Virus record (IMG/VR): IMGVR_UViG_3300028833_000064
Coordinates: 96,001-160,000 of that record
Length of the DNA stretch: 64,000 nt
Direction: 5' to 3' (one strand)
Origin: a virus
Taxonomy: Duplodnaviria > Caudoviricetes
The notes under the pieces were generated by a model. The model was not told the origin of the DNA. It made no database searches and saw only the letters and a list, made by a program, of their open reading frames with translations. The translations under genes and the position numbers were made by a program. Positions 34,901-43,526 of this stretch are shown one piece after another. The first letter of the stretch is position 1. Every line of letters starts with the position of its first letter.

Positions 34901-37269
34901 TTTCGTCATCTACTTCTACAACTTGAATAAAATTTTGGAAAAGTTGTTTCGGTGTTATATGGAACTTTTTATTCAAGATATTGTCACTTCTACCGACATA
35001 TATGTCGTCATTGGTATATTCTAACCAATAAGTTTCTCCTTTTGAAAATCCATTGAATGAATTCACACATCTAATGAATTTCCCAGAAACATATTCATAC
35101 TTTTCGTTTTCTGCCTCTCGTATGTTATCCGATATTTCTACCATTTTATCTTTTATTTTATCTTTTATTTTATCTTTTGAGTATATACAAATCTCCACTA
35201 ATTATATACTGTTCGAACACTTCTGTTCCATTATCAAAAACATACAACCAATCTTCAGCATAATCATCAAACTTAATTTCAACAATTTCACCATAAGTGG
35301 TCTCACCCTCATAGTCTGTTGTACATTTATATTCTGCAAAAACATCACCAACATTGTAACGAGGTTCTGTACCACATATATACACAAACTGACTGTTTTT
35401 TTCACGTTTTATTGTAATTGTGTCTTTTAATGTGGAACTTTCATCTGAAACCGTCGAATTGACATCAGACTGTGTAGAATCGCATTCATAAAATCTTTTA
35501 CCGGTTATCAACTGGTAAATAGTATCGTATGTAGAATTTGAGTCGTTTACAACGGTTATACCTTTTTCTTTACAGAAATCGTACTCATCTTGATATATCT
35601 CAATACTGGAAGCGACTCTTAGAACCAACTTCGTTTCTTTGATTTTATCAACAATATCGTGAAAAAGAATAAATCCGGTTTTCATCCCATCTTTACATCT
35701 TTTCACATCAAATATGTGTCCGACTGCTAAAAACATCGTACACACGATATGACTAAACTGCTCAAGTTCTTCGATATGTGACAATACATAATCGGGGTTG
35801 TCATCAGTGACAACCTCGATTCCACGTTCATGTAAAATATCTAATGAACATCCGTCGTAGTATCTGTGGTCAGATAACCATAAAACCTTTTTATCCATAT
35901 TTAAAAGATACTATTTTTTTTCCATATTTTATATCAGATTTTCAAGACAATACTTTATTGATTCCTCACATGCCTCTTCATATGAATTGAACAACTCAAT
36001 TATATAAGATTCTGTTTTAGATGTATCCCAGATTACACAATAATATTTTGGATTAATTTGTGTCGGGTCTGAAATCCAAGGTAAAATATGTATATGATGG
36101 TTTTTCCTAAACCAACTCATAACAGATTGATGAGTAGGACAACGAAGCATCTTTTTTTCATCAAATTTATCTTCTGGAAGAAGTTTTTCGAAACACCAAC
36201 CACCATCTTCTTCATAATAAAAGAAAATATAATCAGTTTTTTCTTTAAATCCCTTCTCATTCAATAGTTTTGCTATTTCAAGACTGACAAAACATTCTGT
36301 ACTCATATCAATCAACATTTATTAAAAAACCATACTTATCACAATATGCTTTCACAATATCGTCAAGTTCTGGTTTAAACTCGTGATAATGTCTTTTTTG
36401 ACTCAAATCCAAACTACACATGTTATTACTATGCCTCTCCCAAAGCCATCCACGTATCTCTTCTATGACTTCTGAATCGTTAATAAATTCATCGAGATTA
36501 AAATTCTTGTCATTCAACTTATCTTTTAAAAAATGTGAAACCCCCCTCACACATTCACAACAACAAATATCAGAACACCAACTATCTGCTTTGGTTTCAT
36601 CTTCTGTTTGATAGAAGTCTATATCAAACATTTTATATTTCCTATAATAAATTTTTATAACCATATAACTTTATTTTTTACAATAACAACTTTCTGAATG
36701 AATTATAGACACACCACCATTTGAATGTGCTGCAACAACATATTTGTGACCGTCTTCTATAACAGTTCTCACATCAACGGTATGTGAAGATATACGATAA
36801 GAGTACGATGAAGAAAATAAAATTATTAGAAGACATAAAACAAATCCTATTATAAAACTTTTCTTTTTCATATCTTTCTCCAATCCCATTTTCCGTTAAG
36901 ACACCCCCATTCTTTAACCTCTCCATCAATATTTGTCCTTATATTTTCACTGAAATAACCGGTGTGGTTTTCACAAGCAAATCCCATTTTCAATGGACAA
37001 CTATCATCCCCACGTTTTGGACAATTTGTAAAACAAGAATTTCCATATTTTTCATTCATTGTTTCATCTATTGTCTTTTCCGTTTTTATTCTGTCCACAG
37101 GAAACCAGTCCCAATAACCATTAAGACACCCCCATTCGTTTAAGATGCCATTAATCATTGTTTTTTTACCTGTTAGAAAAATACCTTCATGATTTTTACA
37201 CGTAGAACAATCATCCCTCATCAAGGGACAATACGTACAATCTTTTGAATGTTTGCAAAAATTATTCAT
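28962..37269 (-). other. array of about 20 small co-oriented hypothetical phage ORFs
   Basis: Abutting minus-strand ORFs; 34629..35198 shares a GDVLA...GYKWD C-domain with 26802..27635. Confidence 0.7.
31024..31584 (-). CDS. YopX-family phage protein
   Basis: REIIFRGK, WVYG, GLTDKNG..IYE.DI, EVIGNIHD; true start probably the MKRE Met. Confidence 0.85.
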   Translation of the reverse strand: MLETLLKKYFYQMKREIIFRGKCIRDSKWVYGWYFERVEQGTHHRGQINHYIILTKDGEEYEVDPNTVGECSGLTDKNGNMIYEHDIIVFYQVRGLTIDIFNYPQQEEDIVKVEDEVKFENGEFITVDSDIPLSLLSSEFRVTTPSKIIDMYFNILNKDEFPFIENENDLLFAEVIGNIHDEKKKV

Positions 37270-37395
37270 AGTGATAAAATATTAAACTTCATACTAAATA
37301 TAACAAAAAAAGGGTACAGAATGTACCCTTTTTATATTTTTTTTTCCAACAAGGGTGTGACACCCATTGAGATATTGAAGACAGGATATATTTTG

Positions 37396-37468
<73 letters not shown>

Positions 37469-37485
37469 ATATTATTTTTATTTTG

Positions 37486-37558
37486 TGACACCGGTGGGAC
37501 TCGAACCCACGACCCCAGCATTAAAAGTGCCGTGCTCTACCTACTGAGCTACGGTGTC
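37486..37558 (-). tRNA. tRNA-Lys(TTT)
   Basis: Cloverleaf, loop CTTTTAA. Confidence 0.92.
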
Positions 37559-37877
37559 AAATTGACAGAATTTCTTCAAGTTTTTCATTTTTTGTTCTGA
37601 CTTGTGTCGACAAACTTGTGTATCGGTAAATACTTTCATTTGGCTCTGTCAAACCGTCCAAAAAAACTACCACAACTCCGGCCTCTCTTCAGCATCCTTT
37701 TGAAGTCTTATGAGTCTTCGATTCTCGACAGGACACCACTCCCAAAGAAAGTGTTTTAGAGCTCATTATACACAATCTATCGAGGAAGAATCTGCTTCGG
37801 ATGCATCGTGGGTTAGCCCCTACCACGGGTAGAATGTTTTTCGTCACACATACCATTGACGTTAGCGAAACTGTTTG

Positions 37878-37950
37878 CATGACTCGGGGACTCGAACCTC
37901 CATTTCCACAGTTGGACCCGTGGTGTTCTACCAAATTGAACTATCGCCAC
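37878..37950 (-). ncRNA. atypical/pseudo tRNA (8-nt anticodon loop GGTCCAAC, mismatched acceptor)
   Basis: Good D and T arms; abnormal anticodon and acceptor. Confidence 0.55.
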
Positions 37951-37977
37951 TAGACGAGGTTTTGGACACCTCGTTTG

Positions 37978-38121
37978 TGATAATGGGTGGATTCGAACCA
38001 CCATAGTCAAGAGTCTTTTCATCTCAGTCAAGTATAAACCATGCTATCGTGGATAGTCTATATGACTTTCAAACGATTACTCATTAATCTTGTAGTACAT
38101 CCCATCTACTTCACACTATCA
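37978..38121 (-). ncRNA. tRNA-like RNA with expanded core
   Basis: 8-bp acceptor TGATAGTG/CATTATCA plus canonical T arm; no normal D or anticodon arm. Confidence 0.55.
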
Positions 38122-38128
38122 TATTTTG

Positions 38129-38267
38129 CAGAAGTGGGAGGATTCGAACCACCATCTACGGTTTTGTGGTTAAATATCAATCTCTTGATAGATAACCTCG
38201 AATTAAAGGCTCTCACAGGACCTCACCCTGTATGGAGACCGTTATTCTACCATTGAACTACACTCCT
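38129..38267 (-). tRNA. tRNA-Trp(CCA) with a 68-nt anticodon-loop insertion
   Basis: ACGGT-CTCCA-[38232..38165]-AA-ACCGT, G73. Confidence 0.8.
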
Positions 38268-38355
38268 ATGGGGTGCTATGCCTTTTTAACACCTTGTTTC
38301 ATTTTACCAAATAGAAACTTTGATTCAATGTGAATCAGGAAATGCTTACATCTTG

Positions 38356-38462
38356 TTACGACACTGAGATTCGAACTCTAAACCACTTTACCCATTTAAG
38401 GGAGTTATCTGACCGTCGCCAGCCCCAGCATTGGGAGTGTGCTACCATTACACCATATCGTA
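38356..38462 (-). ncRNA. tRNA-like RNA with multi-hairpin anticodon region
   Basis: Acceptor, D and T arms intact; about 50 nt in place of the anticodon arm. Confidence 0.6.
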
Positions 38463-38468
38463 ATTTTG

Positions 38469-38542
38469 GGTGGTAAGTGGGGCTCGAACCCACACTTCCG
38501 GTTCCACAGACCGACGTGCTAGCCATTAACACTATAACCACC
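38469..38542 (-). tRNA. tRNA-His(GTG), G-1 encoded
   Basis: Loop CTGTGGA, G-1:C73. Confidence 0.9.
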
Positions 38543-38547
38543 ATATA

Positions 38548-39132
38548 TTATTTTGTAATCTTCTTTCTAAAAAATCTCTTCGATTCTTTATTTAGAGAAC
38601 CAAAATTTTCTGTTAAACTATGACAATTTGGACATAATAATTCCAAGTTTTCTATCAAATTGTTTGTACAATCACCATCTTTATGATGAATCTCAAGAGG
38701 AACTGTGTTTGAATATTCATTCATCTCACCCCAACCACATTTTTCACAATGATTGTTGTGTAATTCCATCATATATCTTTTAATAAATTTTGGAATTTGA
38801 CCAACACCAGATTGAAAGTTTTCACCATTCAACCACCTTTTAACTCTCTCTTTATATTGATATTCACTTTGACAAACATTTGAACAAAATTTTTCACCTC
38901 TATTCAACTCTTTACCACAATTCAAACAATATCTTTTTTTACAATTGCCTTTATTGAAGGTTTCCTTTTCATTTATCTTTCGTCTTGTTTCAAGTTCAAT
39001 ACCAAGTTTCTTTGCAATCTTTTTGATATTGTTACCAGAACAACCATATATTCTTCCAATTTCGGAATAAGATTTCTTTTGAAATTGTATCAAATCTACG
39101 AGAGTATCTTTTTCATCGTCCCATTTACTCAT
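38548..39132 (-). CDS. HNH homing endonuclease with N-terminal HTH and zinc finger
   Basis: CEKCG...LEIHHKDG...NLELLCPNCH. Confidence 0.9.
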   Translation of the reverse strand: MSKWDDEKDTLVDLIQFQKKSYSEIGRIYGCSGNNIKKIAKKLGIELETRRKINEKETFNKGNCKKRYCLNCGKELNRGEKFCSNVCQSEYQYKERVKRWLNGENFQSGVGQIPKFIKRYMMELHNNHCEKCGWGEMNEYSNTVPLEIHHKDGDCTNNLIENLELLCPNCHSLTENFGSLNKESKRFFRKKITK

Positions 39133-39206
39133 AAACGAACCTTTTCATTGTATAAAGTATTTATGAAAGTTCGTTTCATTTAATGTCATCATATCTGTAA
39201 ATTTTG

Positions 39207-39280
39207 TTGCCACAGTTGGACTCGAACCAACGACCACCTGTATATCCGACAGGTGCTCTATCCTGCTGAGCTATGTGACA
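39207..39280 (-). tRNA. tRNA-Ile(GAT)-like with G33
   Basis: Cloverleaf, loop CGGATAT. Confidence 0.65.
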
Positions 39281-39373
39281 GACGACAGTTGGCCAAATTG
39301 TCGTCAAAACATAAAATTAAGTCCTAATGAACCGTCACGTGTTTCGGTTTTTCGAAAATAACCCTATGAATCG

Positions 39374-39447
39374 TACCGGTGGGTGGATTTGAACCACCGA
39401 ATGCAGCCTTATGAGAGCTGTGTCTTAGACCACTTGACGACACCGGC
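39374..39447 (-). tRNA. tRNA-Met/Ile2(CAT)
   Basis: Loop CTCATAA. Confidence 0.85.
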
Positions 39448-39454
39448 ATTATTG

Positions 39455-39576
39455 AGCAGACGACAGGAGTCGAACCTGTAAAAGACTGTTTTTGAAAATT
39501 GCTGTTTTATTCTTTATCAGTCTTTACCAAGAATACTTCTACTGACAGTTGTGTTTACCAATTCCACCACGTCTGC
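39455..39576 (-). ncRNA. Leu(CAA)-like tRNA carrying a CAGCAA module
   Basis: Leu-type D arm, ACTGT/ACAGT stem, insert TATTCTT..AAGAATA-AAACAGCAA, then TTCAAAA; no long variable arm. Confidence 0.7.
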
Positions 39577-39584
39577 ATTGTTTG

Positions 39585-39666
39585 TGCCGAAGGTGGGACT
39601 CGAACCCACACCCCCTCACGGGGACTTGCTCCTAAGACAAGCGTGTCTGCATTCCACCACTTCGGC
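39585..39666 (-). tRNA. tRNA-Leu(TAG)
   Basis: Loop CTTAGGA, variable arm. Confidence 0.9.
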
Positions 39667-39673
39667 AAATTAG

Positions 39674-39847
39674 TGGAGTTATGTGGATTCGAACTTCATC
39701 TTCCAAACATCCATCAATGTTCCTTTGACAAATGTAAGGTCTGACGAAGGGGGAAAAGTTTTATAAAACCCCCACACCCTCTCCTGTAACAATTTTGTAC
39801 ACAACCATTACAGACAGCTTCCAGCCCGTTTAAGAGACCTTAACCCC
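39674..39847 (-). ncRNA. 174-nt RNA with an alanine-type acceptor stem
   Basis: GGGGTTA/TAACTCC-A with G3.U70, TTCGAAT loop. Confidence 0.5.
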
Positions 39848-39858
39848 GTTTTTTTTTG

Positions 39859-39930
39859 AGCAGGTGATGGTAATCGAAACCACATATCCAGCTTGGAAGG
39901 CTGGCATACTAACCATTGTACTACACCTGC
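39859..39930 (-). tRNA. tRNA-Gly(TCC)
   Basis: Loop CTTCCAA, U73. Confidence 0.9.
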
Positions 39931-39941
39931 TTGTTAAATAT

Positions 39942-40087
39942 ACAAGAACCAACCGGACTCGAACCGGCACTGACTGTCGTATTAAAACCTTTCGGTCTAC
40001 CGTCCTACATTTACAAGGGACTCACCCCTTTCCAGTACTCATACAATTCGTGGCGAGAGTATACCGATTCCCCCTCACAGTCCTTGT
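39942..40087 (-). ncRNA. tRNA-like RNA with expanded core
   Basis: Terminal helix ACAAGGACT/GGTTCTTGT, D-like loop, T arm GCCGG-TTCGAGT-CCGGT. Confidence 0.55.
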
Positions 40088-40094
40088 CTATTTG

Positions 40095-40171
40095 TGTTGC
40101 TGGTTGGATTCGAACCAACGACCTTCTGTGTATCAGACAGATGCTCTAAAAACCAACTGAGCTACAGCAAC
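40095..40171 (-). tRNA. tRNA-Ile(GAT)
   Basis: Loop CTGATAC. Confidence 0.88.
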
Positions 40172-40585
40172 ATTACATTACTCACCCAACCTGACATACA
40201 TTGGATTTGGATTATCAGCCGTTCCGTGAATGAAATCAAAATCTTCCATCAATTCTGCCATAATTGTTTTTGTTTAAAGGTTTAACATTAAAAATTTGTG
40301 CCTTCGTGGGTGCTGCCCCTAACTTTTCAGCCACATACCCTCTAACCGGTTCGGATTTATCACAACTTATTTCCGGATTTCCATTGTTATTCACCAAACC
40401 GTCGGGACCCCAAGCACTACTGCAGATGTCTTGAGGCTCTCGTCACTAACTTACGAGAATAAACCGGCATGTTAATACAGAGCCAAGTTGCTATCTTGGA
40501 ACGAATTTGTATGTTCTCACCTGGCGACCACAGCGACTCGCCTTCCAAAACAGTATCGTTATTGCATTTAACAACTTCTGTATAG

Positions 40586-40887
40586 TGGGCAGGGAGGGAC
40601 TTGAACCCCCAGAGTCCTTTCGGACAACAGATTTCAATGATATTGGTATCACTCGACTATGTAATTACCTTGCATTTCTGTTTAGGTACTCCGTATATAG
40701 TCTGTACACATTTATGAAGTTTCCTTCAATTTAGCTCGGCGTTGATTTGCTTTATTTTACGTGGTGCAAACTTTCACCGAATTAGCGGAGTTTTTCAATT
40801 TGCATTTCTACAAAAAGCTGCATTACCACGTGTAAACCAATTTTTAGTCAACAGTCTGTCCCGCTACCAATTACGGTTTACCTACCC
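40586..40887 (-). tRNA. tRNA-Tyr(GTA) split by a group I intron
   Basis: ACAGA-CTGT^AAA-TCTGT, long variable arm, A73. Confidence 0.9.
40635..40850 (-). mobile_element. group I intron (216 nt) in the tRNA-Tyr anticodon
   Basis: 5' exon ends in U, intron ends in G, P7 elements CAGACTA / CATAGTC. Confidence 0.85.
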
Positions 40888-40961
40888 ATTTAATTTATTT
40901 TATTTTTTTTTACCTTGTCCGTTTTTTCTTGGTTTATATATAGTTCTTCCGATTATTTTTG

Positions 40962-41035
40962 TGGGACCGAGCCGATTTGAACGGCTACCTCCAGATTTTC
41001 AGTCTGGCGTGACACACCAGTTACACCACAGTCCC
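40962..41035 (-). tRNA. tRNA-Phe(GAA)
   Basis: Loop CTGAAAA. Confidence 0.88.
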
Positions 41036-41070
41036 AATTTGAGGTTTTTGATGAACCTCTTAACATTTTG

Positions 41071-41192
41071 TCGGGAGGGCAGGACTCGAACCTACGACCA
41101 CGGCTACCCAAAAGCTATTAGAAAACGTTGCTGTTTGATTCTTTATCAAGAATCTATCATTTACGTGCTCTAACCAACTGAGCTACCTCCCG
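41071..41192 (-). tRNA. tRNA-Pro(TGG) with a 48-nt CAGCAA module at 28/29
   Basis: Removing 41116-41163 restores CGGCT-TTTGGGT-AGCCG. Confidence 0.85.
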
Positions 41193-41204
41193 TACTTAAA
41201 AAAA

Positions 41205-41292
41205 GCAGACCTGCTTACCAACTACTTGACCGAGGGCTGTCTCCCCTTTCGAGGGGCCTTCGTTGGTGGACTTGAACCACTCCAATATCTGC
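41205..41292 (-). ncRNA. circularly permuted tRNA-like RNA (YrlA-like order)
   Basis: GCAGA/TCTGC closing stem; T arm, then capped acceptor-like stem, then D-like loop. Confidence 0.55.
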
Positions 41293-41296
41293 CATT

Positions 41297-41364
41297 GTGA
41301 AATGTGATGGGACTTGAACCCATGACCTCCCCTCGGCGCTCTAACCACTGAGCTACACAATCAC
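41297..41364 (-). ncRNA. anticodon-armless tRNA mimic
   Basis: Perfect D and T arms joined by GCCGAGGGGAGGTC. Confidence 0.7.
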
Positions 41365-41516
41365 TTCCGAATCACACGGAATATGGTTCTTTTCAGTACC
41401 AATAACCTTGTTTCCACCACTTGGGTCAGGAACATACCCACGTCTATTACTACCAAGACGCCTAATCCCATCTTTTTTCTATCGCCCTTCAGGGAAAGGG
41501 CTTTCACATGTGAGAG

Positions 41517-41590
41517 TGGACCACGATGGGATTCGAACCCACGACTTTCTGACTGCCAGTCAGACGCTCTACCAACTGAGCTACGAGCCC
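41517..41590 (-). tRNA. tRNA-Ala(GGC)
   Basis: Loop CTGGCAG, G3.U70, 1-nt acceptor bulge. Confidence 0.85.
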
Positions 41591-41597
41591 ATGAAAA

Positions 41598-41688
41598 TTG
41601 AGTTGTTTAAGGTCTAACTCAAGACTAACGACCGGGGCGATTGTCATCGATTCCACCATCCGATTTTATATGACATCGGAAAACGTTA
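41598..41688 (-). repeat. structured direct repeat, copy A
   Basis: Shares both ends with 41812-41910. Confidence 0.8.
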
Positions 41689-41689
41689 G

Positions 41690-41808
41690 CGGAGAGAGTG
41701 GGACTCGAACCCACGACTACGGTCGTGACAGGACATTGAAAACATTGCTGTATGATTCTTTTTCAAGAATACTCTATTTACGTGTTCTACCAACTGAACT
41801 ATCTCTCC
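41690..41808 (-). tRNA. tRNA-Asp(GTC) with a 46-nt CAGCAA module at 28/29
   Basis: Removing 41735-41780 restores CGGTC-CTGTCAC-GACCG; G73. Confidence 0.85.
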
Positions 41809-41811
41809 GTT

Positions 41812-41910
41812 TTGAGTTGTTTAAAGTCCAACCCAAACGACTAGGGCTTGCCGGTTTGAATCCGACGAGCAGTTCCACCATCCGATTTTATCCGACATCG
41901 GAAAACGTTA
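41812..41910 (-). repeat. structured direct repeat, copy B
   Basis: Shares both ends with 41598-41688. Confidence 0.8.
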
Positions 41911-41973
41911 ACAAGAATCCATAGAATACAAAATTAAAAGTTTTGTCCTGATAATATTGCTGTACGATTCTTT
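41911..41973 (-). ncRNA. free-standing CAGCAA-module RNA enclosing a Lys-type anticodon stem-loop
   Basis: AAAGAATC-GTACAGCAA...ACAAAA-CTTTTAA-TTTTGT...GATTCTTGT. Confidence 0.75.
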
Positions 41974-41975
41974 AG

Positions 41976-42050
41976 TGGGGAATGAGGGACTCGAACCCCC
42001 GACTTTCTGAATGTAAGTCAGATACTCTGAACCGACTGAGTTAATTCCCC
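41976..42050 (-). tRNA. tRNA-Val(TAC)
   Basis: Loop CTTACAT. Confidence 0.9.
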
Positions 42051-42060
42051 GACATCTTAG

Positions 42061-42134
42061 TGGACACAGGTGGGAATCGAACCCACGACTACCTGTTTGC
42101 AAAACAGGAGTTCTACCAACTGAACTACTGGCCC
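42061..42134 (-). tRNA. tRNA-Ala(TGC)
   Basis: Loop TTTGCAA, 1-nt acceptor bulge. Confidence 0.85.
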
Positions 42135-42147
42135 AAATTAATATCAG

Positions 42148-42232
42148 TGCCCAAGACAGGACTTGAACCTGCACTCCCTAAACGGGAACCAGCCCCTCAA
42201 GCTGGTGTGTCTACCAATTCCACCACCTGGGC
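42148..42232 (-). tRNA. tRNA-Leu(GAG)
   Basis: Loop TTGAGGG, variable arm. Confidence 0.9.
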
Positions 42233-42248
42233 ATATTGCTTTCATTTG

Positions 42249-42320
42249 TTGTCCTATCAGGTTTCGAACCTAAAACTTCAGAGCCAGAATCTGACGTGTT
42301 ACCTATTATACCATAGGACA
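42249..42320 (-). tRNA. tRNA-Gln(CTG)
   Basis: Loop TTCTGGC. Confidence 0.88.
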
Positions 42321-42433
42321 ATTTTACAAAACCTAACCAAACCTTGATTAATGTCGTGAGCTTTGATTATACACACACGTCCGATTTCCACGGATATTTA
42401 CACTCTTAACCAGTTTGGTACCGGTTTTGTATG

Positions 42434-42504
42434 TTGTCCTACTTGGACTCGAACCCAGAATTCTTCATCCAAAATGAAGCGTGTTACCGTTACACCATAG
42501 GACA
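42434..42504 (-). tRNA. tRNA-Gln(TTG)
   Basis: Loop TTTTGGA. Confidence 0.88.
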
Positions 42505-42517
42505 ATGTTATCTCAAA

Positions 42518-42554
42518 TAAAAAATCTCACACTTTCGAAAGAATGTGTGAGATG
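42518..42554 (-). terminator. intrinsic terminator inside the tRNA array
   Basis: ATCTCACAC/GTGTGAGAT hairpin plus TTTTTT. Confidence 0.7.
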
Positions 42555-42741
42555 TTGGATATATGTTGAGATTAAAATGTGTTTCTAAAAAATCTTACAA
42601 ATGATACAAACAAATCACACAACTATGGACACAAATAGGATAATCGCCATCTGATAAAACCAGTAGACGAGTCCTGTTTTAAATCCCTTATGTTGTTTAT
42701 TTGTATTCATATCTTCGTTATTTATGTAAGTTTCTTTTCTA

Positions 42742-43278
42742 TTATTTATGTAAATTAATTTCGTATGGTTTTATTGAGCGTTTAACTCTTGCACCGCTTC
42801 CATACATAAGACTATCTGCAAGTGTATTTCCGACTTCTGGAAAACCATAACGTCTTTTGTTGTTTAACTGGTCAATATCTGGTTTAAGTTCCTTTATTTG
42901 TATAACTACGGAATACACAACCACTTTACTATTTGGATAACTCAACTCTCCGAAAGTTTTTGCAGAATCTGGATACACAGAAAGATATACATATCCACAT
43001 TCAGACTGAAAACTTTTTTTCCTTTTTAGACTTGTTGTCAAAATACCCTTATCCATTATAGGATTATTTTCACTTGTACCATGATAAAGTCTTATATAGT
43101 CTTCCTTGTGTCTTCTCAACCATCTGTTAAATTCATCAACAAGTTTTTCGTTATATTCACCATTGAATGAAGTGAAGAACTTAGAAGTTTCCTCATCATC
43201 TAAGACATCGTATGTCTTTGGTTCTCTATAACTACCATAGTATAATTCATTAATAAACTCATCAAACTTTTTAATCAT
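42742..43278 (-). CDS. ADP-ribosyltransferase-fold protein
   Basis: LYHGT...GI...GYVYLS...A..F. Confidence 0.6.
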   Translation of the reverse strand: MIKKFDEFINELYYGSYREPKTYDVLDDEETSKFFTSFNGEYNEKLVDEFNRWLRRHKEDYIRLYHGTSENNPIMDKGILTTSLKRKKSFQSECGYVYLSVYPDSAKTFGELSYPNSKVVVYSVVIQIKELKPDIDQLNNKRRYGFPEVGNTLADSLMYGSGARVKRSIKPYEINLHK

Positions 43279-43312
43279 ATTTCTGTTTGCTTTATTTATT
43301 TATGAATTTTTG

Positions 43313-43386
43313 TACTCCGGACGGGACTCGAACCCGTAATCTCCACCGTGAAAGGGTGGTGTCCTAACCAATTAGACGACCGGAGC
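43313..43386 (-). tRNA. tRNA-Glu(TTC)
   Basis: Loop CTTTCAC. Confidence 0.9.
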
Positions 43387-43453
43387 ATAGTTGTACCGAT
43401 ATCGCTCGATACGGGCGGGTGAAAAATCACCATCTTGCCAGGTCGGGTTTTTG

Positions 43454-43526
43454 TCGGGTAAAGAGGACTCGAACCTCCGACCCCTTGGTCCCAAACCAAG
43501 TGCTCTACCAACTGAGCTACTACCCG
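43454..43526 (-). tRNA. tRNA-Pro(TGG)
   Basis: Loop TTTGGGA. Confidence 0.92.
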
